A stretch of 31,869 nucleotides of DNA from a virus, in IMG/VR virus record IMGVR_UViG_3300045988_093262; one strand, written 5' to 3'. Both the position numbers and the translations under genes were made by a program. Shown in pieces: positions 8,084-15,996 of this stretch (positions within the stretch are counted from its first letter, which is position 1; every line of letters begins with the position of its first letter). The notes beneath the pieces were generated by a model, which saw nothing but the letters and a program-made list of their open reading frames with translations, was not told the DNA's origin and did not search any database.

Positions 8084-9294
8084 TGGTAGGTCCTCCCGTC
8101 AAGAACGGATTTGTAGGGCTTTTCGCGATTGTAGACCCGCATGGTCTTGACGAAGTACCGCATGGCGTCCATGGCGTGGTCCGCCACCTTCACGGGCCTG
8201 TCCTCCTCGCCTCTGGAGTCCCAGACGTAACCTCCGAACTCCTCGGAGACTTCCTCGAGGTCGTCGGCAACCCTGATGGCCCCCGTCCTCATGGACCCCA
8301 TGGTCATTCGTATGCCGTCAAGAACCGCGTTGTCGGCTGGTGTGACTCTTGCGCCCCTACCCCTCAGCTCGGCGATGAACGAGGCAGCCGAGGGGTCGAC
8401 TATGAACCGCTCGGCCTTTGGCGCAAGCCTCATTACATCGTCGGCGTGCTCGGCGTCCGTGCGGTTCCTGCCCGTGTCTCGTCCCGAGTAGTAGTAGCAC
8501 CCCACGCAATGCCAGACGCCCTCGTGGTCGAGAACCCACCTAAGGGCTGCTGTGGCGTTGAGGGTGCCGTAGTCCACGCTGACCACTTCCCGCTCAGCCG
8601 CTCCGGTGTACCTAGGCTCAAGACACTTCTGCCAGTCCGGGTAGACCAGCCCCTCGGCTTGGGTCCAAAGCCCCTTGATGTATCGGTCGTAGCAGACGGT
8701 CCCGGCGTATTCCTCCTTGAGGGAGGCCACGAAGCCCTTGTCCAAGAAGGGGTTGTCGTCGATGGTGTACCTCTGGCGGTATATGTCGCCGTCCGAGTCG
8801 AGGAACCTCTTGAGCCAGTGTCTTGGGCCTGCCGGGTTGCACGCCGCGTGACACTCCGAGTAGGGGAATGACAGTCGGCTTTTAAGCATGTCGAAGACGT
8901 CCTCGGAGAGCGCGGCCAGCTCGTCGCAGTAGCAGAACTTCACTGCGGCTCCTTGGAGCTTGACCACCTGAGAGCGCTTCTCAGCTCCGAGGCAGTACAC
9001 GCGTTCGCCGAAAAGCTCGACCGTGTTCTCCGAACCCCTGATTTCCCCCACAAGCTCGTCCCCGAAGGTGTCCCTCATGGGTTGGAGCACGTTCCTCTCG
9101 ATGTTGCCCAACGACACGCCCAGAATCAGGTCGATGCCCTGAAGGCCAGAGAGGCCGATTACCCGGTCCGGTATCGTGAAGTTGCACGCAAGCCAAGACT
9201 TTCCGGAGCGCACTGCCCCCTCGCAGACGTTCCAACGGTGGTGGGCCTCCCGGACGTTCTCGGCCTGCTTTTGGCTAAGCTCCATCCTTGGCAC
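8080..9294 (-). CDS. terL: Terminase large subunit
   Basis: 404 aa. Walker A GAVRSGKS near the N-terminus and a nuclease-domain acidic residue pattern. Overlaps TerS by 20 nt. Confidence 0.85.
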   Translation of the reverse strand: MPRMELSQKQAENVREAHHRWNVCEGAVRSGKSWLACNFTIPDRVIGLSGLQGIDLILGVSLGNIERNVLQPMRDTFGDELVGEIRGSENTVELFGERVYCLGAEKRSQVVKLQGAAVKFCYCDELAALSEDVFDMLKSRLSFPYSECHAACNPAGPRHWLKRFLDSDGDIYRQRYTIDDNPFLDKGFVASLKEEYAGTVCYDRYIKGLWTQAEGLVYPDWQKCLEPRYTGAAEREVVSVDYGTLNATAALRWVLDHEGVWHCVGCYYYSGRDTGRNRTDAEHADDVMRLAPKAERFIVDPSAASFIAELRGRGARVTPADNAVLDGIRMTMGSMRTGAIRVADDLEEVSEEFGGYVWDSRGEEDRPVKVADHAMDAMRYFVKTMRVYNREKPYKSVLDGRTYQ

Positions 9295-9670
9295 CCTCAG
9301 CGGCGACTGTTACGGACTTCATAAGCTCCCTGACGGCATCCAGCGTCTTCTCGTCCTTCTCCGGGAGCCTCTGGCACCTTCCGTATTCCTGCGGGTAGGC
9401 CCTCTCCAGATACCATGCGGACGCCTGCCAACTCCCCTCTCTGGCGGCGTTGACGACGTTCTGGAGGTGGTATGCCTTGCGCATGGCCTTTGCCTTGGTG
9501 ACCTCCTCGGCCAGCTTCCTCTTGAGCGGGGTGTCTCCCGCCTTCATCCACCCGTACCAAGACGACCGGTGTATCCCGAGCGCGTCGCAGACGTCGGCGT
9601 CGTTGAGGCCGGTCTGCACCAGCCTCACGGCCTCCCTGATTAGCTCTTCGTCGAGCTTGCTTCTAGCCAA
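9275..9670 (-). CDS. terS: Terminase small subunit (HTH)
   Basis: 131 aa. The HTH GIHRSSWYGWMK is typical of TerS. TTG start with an AGGGAGGG ribosome binding site. Confidence 0.65.
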   Translation of the reverse strand: MARSKLDEELIREAVRLVQTGLNDADVCDALGIHRSSWYGWMKAGDTPLKRKLAEEVTKAKAMRKAYHLQNVVNAAREGSWQASAWYLERAYPQEYGRCQRLPEKDEKTLDAVRELMKSVTVAAEGAKDGA

Positions 9671-9680
9671 AGTCTTCCCT

Positions 9681-9716
9681 CCCTAAAAGAAAGGGAGGCA
9701 CAGCGTGATGCCTCCC
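9681..9716 (-). terminator. Rho-independent terminator between yhhQ and terS
   Basis: Minus strand reads GGGAGGCA-ucacgcug-UGCCUCCC, followed by UUUCUUUU. Confidence 0.6.
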
Positions 9717-9744
9717 AGTAAACGATCTTGATTGATTTTAGCAG

Positions 9745-10392
9745 CTAGGCGAGAGTCTTAGCCCACCCGATGACGCGCTTGGTGATGACGTTGAATATCA
9801 CGACCTCGGCGAGGACCTTGAAGAGGTAGGTCAGCACGATGTTCTCGATGTTGCTCATGAACGAATAGGAAGCTCCGTAGGCGATGGCCGTAAAGACCGC
9901 CGTGTCCACCACGTCGCCGAAGACGGTGGACAGGATGCACCGCTTGAACAGGGAGGTCTCTCCGTCCCTCACCTTAAGCACGGACATCACCTTGTCGTTC
10001 ACCCAAGTCCCGCACATGTAGGCGACCATGGAGGCGAGAACCATTAGGGGGGCCATGCTGAAGATTGTCGCGAACTCCCCCTGAATCTCGAACTGTGGGT
10101 CAGGCGGGAGGGACACGCAGGCGTTCAGGAGGAGGACAGAGCAAACGTTGCAAATCATCGCCCATCGACGCATCTTGAGGGACGTCCTGAACCCGTACAC
10201 CTCAACGCAAAGGTCGGAAATCACGTAGTCTACTACGATGGTTGAGATTCCCAGCGCGAGCGTCATTCCGAAGAAGTCAATGTTCTTGATTGTGCATAGG
10301 TTCGCCGTTATGAGGCCCGCGCTCGATATTGCGAAGAGAATTACCAGAAGCTCGTTTTTGGTTTTCGGCAGCTTGGACTTGATGAAACCCAT
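9745..10392 (-). CDS. yhhQ: YhhQ/Vut-family queuosine-precursor (preQ0/preQ1) transporter
   Basis: 215 aa with multiple transmembrane segments. Motifs TVFGDVVDTAVFTAIAY, ASMVAYMCGTW and LTYLFKVLAEVVIF align with E. coli YhhQ (TLFGNVSDTLAFFFIAF, ASFMAYALGQ, VDYCFKVLISIVFF). Confidence 0.8.
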   Translation of the reverse strand: MGFIKSKLPKTKNELLVILFAISSAGLITANLCTIKNIDFFGMTLALGISTIVVDYVISDLCVEVYGFRTSLKMRRWAMICNVCSVLLLNACVSLPPDPQFEIQGEFATIFSMAPLMVLASMVAYMCGTWVNDKVMSVLKVRDGETSLFKRCILSTVFGDVVDTAVFTAIAYGASYSFMSNIENIVLTYLFKVLAEVVIFNVITKRVIGWAKTLA

Positions 10393-10405
10393 CTGTTTCC
10401 TTCCG

Positions 10406-11200
10406 CTAGTTTTTTAGGGGGGCGGTCTCGAACCCCTCGTTCACGCTCCTCCATTTTACATACAGACGCTTCTGGATGTCCATATACCTCTCGTAGCTGT
10501 CTATGAACTGTTCGACATAATCCTCCTTGCACTTGGGCCTCGGGTACCTCCCGCCGTCCAGCCTCCGTCCGAACGACACGCAATGCCCCCAGCTGGAGGC
10601 GTCCGCATAGTCAAACGGGACCTTCTCGAGCACCTTGGTCCTCGCCATTCCGAGGCAGTGGATTCTCGTCCCATGAGACCGCGCGTACTTCAGGAACATC
10701 GCGTATTGCTCGTCCCTGATGTCCTCGTTGCGGAAACCCGTCACTGCCGCCACGTGGCCCGACATTTCCCGGCACATTGCCTTGAACTCCTCGACTCCTC
10801 GGTTCTTGTGCCAGACGGGGATTATCTTCTCTGGGACGCCGCTCTCGGAGCGGAGAATCTGCCTAAGCCTGAGAACGTTTTCGTAGCCGATTATGTTATC
10901 GACGTCCATTTCGAAGTAGCCGACCACGTTGGGCCTGTCGAACTCCATGATGAACCTTGCATACTCGTGGGTATAGCTCTCCCAGTCCACGTGGACGCCC
11001 TTCTGGAAGCTGTGCGCACCGCTGTCAATCATTATCAGCTCTGAGCTGTCCCTCACCCTCTCGGCGAAGCCCTTGGGCTTCTTCCGCAGGTAGAAGTAGC
11101 TCATGAGGTTCCAAAGCATCTTGATGTTGCGGCGCTCCATTTCGTCGAGCATGCCCTCGGCGTATCCGCTCACCTCGATTGCGCTAAGGAACAGCCTCAT
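10406..11200 (-). CDS. dpdA: TGT-superfamily DpdA-like 7-deazaguanine DNA transglycosylase
   Basis: About 264 aa from ATG 11200, with an ATGA overlap onto the upstream stop codon. It has a TGT-like IMIDSGAHSF (DSG catalytic-Asp motif) and a second acidic motif FDYADAS. It sits next to yhhQ. Confidence 0.55.
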   Translation of the reverse strand: MRLFLSAIEVSGYAEGMLDEMERRNIKMLWNLMSYFYLRKKPKGFAERVRDSSELIMIDSGAHSFQKGVHVDWESYTHEYARFIMEFDRPNVVGYFEMDVDNIIGYENVLRLRQILRSESGVPEKIIPVWHKNRGVEEFKAMCREMSGHVAAVTGFRNEDIRDEQYAMFLKYARSHGTRIHCLGMARTKVLEKVPFDYADASSWGHCVSFGRRLDGGRYPRPKCKEDYVEQFIDSYERYMDIQKRLYVKWRSVNEGFETAPLKN

Positions 11201-11742
11201 TCGCTGACCTTCTTGAAGTGGATTTTGCGGTCCACGCACCCGCACTTCGGACACTTGAGCATTTCGTGCTCAGGCTCGTCGTAGCTCTCTTCCGATAGGT
11301 CGGGGATGGAATCCCAGTCCATTTCCCCGCTCACGTCAAACCCGAAGTCCGTGGCGTCGAACTCGCCGGACAGTGCGTCCAGCTCGTATGTGAGGGCGTC
11401 CATGTCCCAGCCCGTCATCATGGTGGTCTGGTTGTCCGCGAGCGTCAGCATTCTGCGCTGTGCGTCGCTCAGGTCGTCAACGAACACGACCGGTACCGTG
11501 TCCATCCCAAGTTTCTCGGCAGCCGCAGCCCTGCCATGGCCCGCGACAATCTCGGGGATGCCGTCGTCATCGTGCCATGCCAGTATCGGGTTTCGGAATC
11601 CGAACTCCTCGATAGATTTGGCGATGGCCTCGACGTTGCGGTTGTCGTGCTTCTTCGCGTTCCCGTCATATGCCTTGAGGCTCGCAAGAGGAACCTGCTC
11701 GACCTTGACCTCAACCTTTCTGACTGTCAAATCTCTCTCCAA
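11197..11742 (-). CDS. ParB/Srx-like nuclease-domain protein with a C-terminal zinc ribbon; possible DpdB-like partner
   Basis: The ParB N-terminal domain is KAYDGNAKKHDNRNVEAIAKSIEEFGFRNPILAW...IVAGHGRAAAAEKLG. The zinc ribbon is CPKCGC. Translationally coupled to dpdA through an ATGA overlap. Confidence 0.6.
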   Translation of the reverse strand: MERDLTVRKVEVKVEQVPLASLKAYDGNAKKHDNRNVEAIAKSIEEFGFRNPILAWHDDDGIPEIVAGHGRAAAAEKLGMDTVPVVFVDDLSDAQRRMLTLADNQTTMMTGWDMDALTYELDALSGEFDATDFGFDVSGEMDWDSIPDLSEESYDEPEHEMLKCPKCGCVDRKIHFKKVSE

Positions 11743-11756
11743 TCTCCGGTCTTCGG

Positions 11757-12548
11757 CTAGGACTTCTTCAGGATTGAGACAATCGTTCCAATCCTTCTCT
11801 CGGCCTTGTCCAGAACGCGGTCGATTATCTCACGTCCTCGAATCTCTGAAAGCCACTCTTCGTTGACTCCACCGTAGAAGATTGCCGCCAAGGCCCCAGC
11901 CACGCAGGCGTTCGTGTCCGTGTCCCCTCCGAGGTTCACGGCGTTTAGCACGGCGTCATCGAAAGACTCCGAACTCTCGAGTGCCCAGAGCGCGGCGTCC
12001 ACCGTGTCCCAGCAGTAGCCGCCGGCAACCTCGGGGCACTTCGTTGGAAAGTCTGCCATTTCGCCGTATTCCATTCTTTCTGTGAAGTCATACAGGAAGC
12101 CGCAGGCACCCATGCTCTCCGGGCTTCCGTGCGTCGCTCCGAGAGACCTCATAGCCTCGCCCCTATAGACCGGGAGTATCGCCAACGGGACGCAGCGCAT
12201 GACGGCACCGTTTCCGGAGTCCAGACGGTGGCACTGAGGCTTGCCCGTGTCTATGGCCCTAGCGGTTGTCATTCCCACGTCAAATATTCCGTCGACCGTG
12301 TATTCCTCGTCGTGGAGCCAGCGGCGGAAGTAGGACATGACGTCCTCTAGGCTCCCGGTGTCCGCCCAACAATCAAGCTCGGCAAGAATCATTGAGGTAT
12401 CGTCGCTCCAAGTGCCGGCGGGCTTGTTGTGGGAGCCGTAGCCCGTCATCCCGTGGCACTCGAAGCTACCGCGGGGCCTGAACTCATAGGGCACCCCCAT
12501 CGCGTCGCCGATGGCCGCCCCGTAGACGCATTGTCTCAGAAATCCCAT
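11757..12548 (-). CDS. ADP-ribosylglycohydrolase (DraG/ARH family)
   Basis: Motifs GAAIGDAMGVPYEF, AGTWSDDTSM and NLGGDTDTNACVAGALAAI (the GGDTDT signature). A strong AAAGGAGAGG ribosome binding site lies upstream of ATG 12548. The ORF is open in frame up to 12632. Confidence 0.8.
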   Translation of the reverse strand: MGFLRQCVYGAAIGDAMGVPYEFRPRGSFECHGMTGYGSHNKPAGTWSDDTSMILAELDCWADTGSLEDVMSYFRRWLHDEEYTVDGIFDVGMTTARAIDTGKPQCHRLDSGNGAVMRCVPLAILPVYRGEAMRSLGATHGSPESMGACGFLYDFTERMEYGEMADFPTKCPEVAGGYCWDTVDAALWALESSESFDDAVLNAVNLGGDTDTNACVAGALAAIFYGGVNEEWLSEIRGREIIDRVLDKAERRIGTIVSILKKS

Positions 12549-12647
12549 TCCTAGCCCCTCTCCTTTCGCAGTTCGAACTTGATGAAGTCTTGGACGTACT
12601 CCAAAAGCGCCTCCATGCGCTCGGGCAACCACTCGAAGATGTTCTCG

Positions 12648-12890
12648 CTAACCATTCAAAACTTTCTCCGATTTCTCTCGACGGATGGCCACATCGACCA
12701 CTTTCAGCCCTACCAGATAGCACGCTGCGAGCTCCTTGTCCAACGCGCCTCCCAGAGAGCTTGCGAAGCCTGCGGACGACAGGTGCCCGTCCTCGTGCTC
12801 CCTGCTAACCATGTTCCCATCCAAGACGAACGAAACCCTCTCCTCTGTGCCGCTGTCTCCGTCCATGGCCGAAACGTCAATCAGGTACAT
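12648..12890 (-). CDS. Hypothetical protein
   Basis: 80-aa ORF on the coding strand with no overlapping competitor. Confidence 0.35.
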   Translation of the reverse strand: MYLIDVSAMDGDSGTEERVSFVLDGNMVSREHEDGHLSSAGFASSLGGALDKELAACYLVGLKVVDVAIRREKSEKVLNG

Positions 12891-13116
12891 TGCAAAGCCT
12901 CCAGTTCCTAGAGAACGCCTCTACGGTGTCGTATGGGCAGCAGCCACCATTCCAGCACGCAAACAGCCTGCCGTTCCCCATGTAGACGCTCAGGGGCATT
13001 ACCTGACCCCTTCTGAGGCCCATGCTCCCGTCACTCCCGATGAACTCGTAGACGGCCCTGTCGGACTTCCTCTGGGGCCTCGTGAGGAGCATTCTCAGGT
13101 TGAACCAGTAGTCCAT
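12877..13116 (-). CDS. Hypothetical protein with a Cys cluster (CWNGGCCPYD)
   Basis: 79-aa ORF on the coding strand. Confidence 0.35.
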   Translation of the reverse strand: MDYWFNLRMLLTRPQRKSDRAVYEFIGSDGSMGLRRGQVMPLSVYMGNGRLFACWNGGCCPYDTVEAFSRNWRLCNVPD

Positions 13117-13120
13117 TAAT

Positions 13121-13294
13121 CAACCTCCTCGTTCCTCTCGGGGTCGTAGTTGTGGAGCACCATTTCTGGGGACGACTTCACCGCATCCTCGACGTATCTC
13201 TTGGCCTCCTCCCGCTCTCCTCGTGCCAGTCGAAGAACTTGTAGACGTTCTCGTTGGTATACGGGTTAAAGCACTTGACCCTGATGGCTAGCAT
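13121..13294 (-). pseudogene. Small gene interrupted by a -1 frame change, either a sequencing error or a genuine frameshift
   Basis: ATG 13294 has a strong GGAGAGGAGAGG ribosome binding site and gives MLAIRVKCFNPYTNENVYKFFDWHEE, which then hits a stop. The -1 frame continues ...REEAKRYVEDAVKSSPEMVLHNYDPERNEEVD to a TAA at 13121. The switch falls in a gggaggagg run. Confidence 0.4.
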
Positions 13295-13311
13295 TGACCT
13301 CTCCTCTCCTG

Positions 13312-13369
13312 CCGGGGGCCTCTCCCCCTCGTTGGTTAATATCTTACCACAACTATTAAGCGATTACAA
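13312..13369 (-). promoter_or_regulatory. Conserved promoter cassette, copy 1
   Basis: Minus strand has -35 TTGTAA, 17 nt, then the extended -10 TGGTAAGAT. A hairpin GGGGGAGAGGCCCCC and a GGAGAGGAGAGG ribosome binding site follow. Confidence 0.55.
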
Positions 13370-13370
13370 C

Positions 13371-13402
13371 AAAAAAGCCCCCCGATTTTTCGGAGGGCTT
13401 TT
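13371..13402. terminator. Bidirectional rho-independent terminator
   Basis: Hairpin gccccccga-uuuuu-cggagggc with an A6 tract on one side and a T4 tract on the other. It lies downstream of ssb. Confidence 0.6.
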
Positions 13403-13518
13403 CGAGAAAGAAGGGATGCATGCCCGCATCGGCTGGATTGTATCACGAAATGGAAGGAGGCGCCCCGTAGGACGCCCCCAGTCCCGCAATTGCAGAACTC
13501 ACCTCGGTTCCTATTGTA

Positions 13519-13908
13519 CTAGAAGGGGATGTCCTCTTCAAACTCGTCTGAGTCGTCCTTGGCCGGCTTCTGCGGGGCGTTCTGCCTTGAGGCGTCCACG
13601 AACTCGCGGACCAGCAGCTCGACCTTGGAGCGGCGCTCGCCCTCCTTGCTCTCCCAGCTCCTTTGCGTCAGCTCGCCGTTGAGGACGATTCTGTCGCCCT
13701 TCTGCTTGCGGGCCAGAACCTCGGCGGCCTTGCCGAATGCCACGAAGTCGAAGAAGTTGGGGACGTCCTCCCAGTCCCCGCTCTGGCCCTTCCGGCGGGA
13801 GTTGTAGCAGATTGAGCCGTTGCACACCGGGGTGCCCGAGGTGGTGGCGCGAAGCTCGGGGTCCTTGGTGAGGTTGCCGCTGACCGTGTAGGTGTTGATT
13901 GAGAACAT
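13519..13908 (-). CDS. ssb: Single-stranded DNA-binding protein
   Basis: 129 aa with an OB-fold-like N-terminus. The acidic C-terminal tail ...DDSDEFEEDIPF is the SSB-Ct signature. Confidence 0.85.
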   Translation of the reverse strand: MFSINTYTVSGNLTKDPELRATTSGTPVCNGSICYNSRRKGQSGDWEDVPNFFDFVAFGKAAEVLARKQKGDRIVLNGELTQRSWESKEGERRSKVELLVREFVDASRQNAPQKPAKDDSDEFEEDIPF

Positions 13909-13930
13909 TCGCTTTCTCCTGTCTGTCGTA

Positions 13931-14006
13931 TGGTGCGCGGGGCGGGACTCGAACCCGCAGCCTGCTGCTTAGGAGGCAGCCGCTCTGTCCGTTGGGCTAC
14001 CCGCGC
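13931..14006 (-). tRNA. tRNA-Arg (anticodon CCU)
   Basis: 76 nt read on the minus strand. Acceptor stem GCGCGGG/CCCGCGC. Anticodon stem GCTGC/GCAGC with loop CUCCUAA, giving anticodon CCT. T arm GCGGG-TTCGAGT-CCCGC. Discriminator A followed by CCA. Confidence 0.8.
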
Positions 14007-14008
14007 GT

Positions 14009-14767
14009 CTAGATGTGCTTGCACCAGTTCCGAAGCACCATGAGGGCCACTTGGGCCTGAGCGTCCGTCAGGGTCTGTGTCTTGGCCGTGGTCCCCGACT
14101 TGCGCATGGTTGGCGTCTCGTATAGGGCCTCCAAGACCTCCCGGGTGCTCTTGTGCTTGGCGTCGCCGAAGGTCTTGGCGAGGTCGAGGAGGGTTGTCAT
14201 CTGGTCCTTGGTCGGTAGCGGGTCCCTCGGAGGCTCTTGGTCCTTCTTGATGCCGCCGTAGCGGTAAACCATGTCCCGCTTGCCCTCGTGGCTGATTGCC
14301 AGCCATACAATCTCACCGTTGGCGACGGTCATGTCCGTAACCTCGAAGCGGTCGAGGCACTGCCACTTGTTCGTCCGCTGGTTCTGGCTGAGCTTCTGGA
14401 GCTTGTCCGCCGGGACCCAAATGAAGGGTGCCGTGTATAGCTCACGACCGATTCCCCAAGCGAAGCCCGCCCGCTTCATGGCGTCGCTGGCCTCGCCCTT
14501 CTGCGCCTCCATGTTGGACTCCGTGCCGCAATTCTCCTTGGAGATTACCTTGCCGTCAAAGAGAATCGAAATCTTGCAGAAGAGGCTGCCCTTGACCTCT
14601 CGGTAGTCGCACCCCCAGCGCTCTGGTCCAACCGTCTCGTCGAGGAGCGCGTAGTCGGTTCGTGCGGTCTTGTAGAGCAGCAGGGAGGCACCCTTGGCCG
14701 AACACTGGGCCACTCGGGCCTCTACCTCGTTGGGCCTGAGGTCGCGGAAGAGGCCGGCCATTACCAC
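14009..14767 (-). CDS. Rad52-like single-strand annealing protein (Sak/Erf-like recombinase)
   Basis: The motif EASDAMKRAGFAWGIGRELY resembles the Rad52 SDAlKRA..FG..LG..LY signature. Adjacent to ssb. Confidence 0.55.
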   Translation of the reverse strand: MVMAGLFRDLRPNEVEARVAQCSAKGASLLLYKTARTDYALLDETVGPERWGCDYREVKGSLFCKISILFDGKVISKENCGTESNMEAQKGEASDAMKRAGFAWGIGRELYTAPFIWVPADKLQKLSQNQRTNKWQCLDRFEVTDMTVANGEIVWLAISHEGKRDMVYRYGGIKKDQEPPRDPLPTKDQMTTLLDLAKTFGDAKHKSTREVLEALYETPTMRKSGTTAKTQTLTDAQAQVALMVLRNWCKHI

Positions 14768-15027
14768 ACCTCTGCGTCGACCATGAGGTTCAGCTCGTTG
14801 AACGCGGCCATCATGCCGTGCTCACCCTCCTCGCAGCGGACCGTCACCACGGCGTCGTCCACTGGAAGACCCTCGTGGTCCTCGGCGTCGAGGAAGACGT
14901 CGTCGGAGGTCGCATACGCGATTGCCTCGGAATCCGCTTGGTAGCGCTTGACGAACCCAAGCTCGAACGGGCGGCGAAACTCCCCGTCCATGACGTGCCC
15001 CTTGATTGTGTACTGATACTTGCGCAT
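14761..15027 (-). CDS. Hypothetical protein
   Basis: An internal Met (MRKYQYTIKGHV...) follows promoter cassette copy 2. The region upstream within ORF 14761-15168 is out of frame. Confidence 0.4.
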   Translation of the reverse strand: MRKYQYTIKGHVMDGEFRRPFELGFVKRYQADSEAIAYATSDDVFLDAEDHEGLPVDDAVVTVRCEEGEHGMMAAFNELNLMVDAEVW

Positions 15028-15044
15028 TTCGAACTCCCTTCCTA

Positions 15045-15087
15045 CTTGGGTGCCCCTTGCCCCCTCGTTGGTTAACATGTTACCACA
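15045..15087 (-). promoter_or_regulatory. Conserved promoter cassette, copy 2
   Basis: TTCTCGG lies about 22 nt upstream of TGGTAACAT. A G-rich element GAGGGGGCAAGGGGCACCC and a GGAAGGGAG ribosome binding site follow, then ATG 15027. Confidence 0.5.
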
Positions 15088-15125
15088 CTTGGAGGCTTGG
15101 GGCACCGAGAAACTTTGGAATTTTC

Positions 15126-15344
15126 CTACTCCTCTTCCTCCTCCTCGGGGTAGGAGATGTCGTCGCACTCGAACCAGACGAAATCATTGACGTCCGTCTC
15201 GGTCGGGATTTCGTCGACGAACATGTCCTCGATTCGCGCGCATACCAACTGGCGCTGCTCCTCGGTGGCGTCGTCCATTCTCGCCTTGGCCACTCCCCAG
15301 AACTCGAAATCCTCTGGGTCAACATCGCGCTTGACAATCATTTC
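15126..15344 (-). CDS. Hypothetical acidic protein (C-terminus ...YPEEEEEE)
   Basis: An internal Met (MIVKRDVDPEDFEFW...) gives about 72 aa. Confidence 0.35.
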   Translation of the reverse strand, partial: EMIVKRDVDPEDFEFWGVAKARMDDATEEQRQLVCARIEDMFVDEIPTETDVNDFVWFECDDISYPEEEEEE

Positions 15345-15366
15345 CGTTCTCCTCTCTTTCCGAACT

Positions 15367-15600
15367 CTACTGGAAAAGGCCATGCTTCTGGTAGTCGCTG
15401 ACATATGCGAGCTTGACGCCAATCACCGCCGCTATGTCTCTGGTGGTAGGCTCCTCGAAGGTCCGGTAGCCCTTGCGCCTCAGCGCCTTGCTCGCCGCCC
15501 TCGTGATGCCCTTGGCCGTCGTCGCCCGGCTTGTGAAGTACGTGTGCGCAGAATCAAAGCTGTTCGGGCGAATGCTGACCTCGACGTAGTATGTATCCAT
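15367..15600 (-). CDS. Small DNA-binding (HTH-like) protein
   Basis: 77 aa. The segment TRDIAAVIGVKLAYVSDYQK is HTH-like. Confidence 0.35.
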   Translation of the reverse strand: MDTYYVEVSIRPNSFDSAHTYFTSRATTAKGITRAASKALRRKGYRTFEEPTTRDIAAVIGVKLAYVSDYQKHGLFQ

Positions 15601-15609
15601 TTTCCCCTC

Positions 15610-15909
15610 CTAGAGGCCGAGCATGACCTTGACAGCAGTCCACTTGAGGTCGGCCTCGGCGGCGGCAAAGTCGAACCTTGCGTTGATGTTCTTGTCGTAC
15701 TCCTCGCGCTTCTCCTCGGAGAGGGCGTCCCATTCCTCGTCGGTGAAGTCGGCATCGATGTGCGCATACAGGAACAGACCGCGAACGTTGTCTATGTCCC
15801 TGCTGGGCATGCTATCGTTGCTGCCGCTCCAAGAGAGGTGCTTCTCCAGCAGCATCTTGACGGCATCGTTGTGGGGCTGGTCCTCGTTCCTGTAGGTGAG
15901 CTTCTTCAT
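15610..15909 (-). CDS. Hypothetical protein
   Basis: 99-aa ORF immediately after promoter cassette copy 3. Confidence 0.45.
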   Translation of the reverse strand: MKKLTYRNEDQPHNDAVKMLLEKHLSWSGSNDSMPSRDIDNVRGLFLYAHIDADFTDEEWDALSEEKREEYDKNINARFDFAAAEADLKWTAVKVMLGL

Positions 15910-15926
15910 CTTGGTTCCCTTCTCTA

Positions 15927-15990
15927 CTTGGGGGGCCTCTCCCCCCTCGTTGGCTTATATATTACCACTACCGCGAGAAAAACAACCGAG
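15927..15990 (-). promoter_or_regulatory. Conserved promoter cassette, copy 3
   Basis: TTCTCGG, then TTGTTT, then TGGTAATAT. The hairpin GGGGGGAGAGGCCCCCC and an AGAAGGGAA ribosome binding site follow, then ATG 15909. Confidence 0.55.
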
Positions 15991-15996
15991 AAAGTC

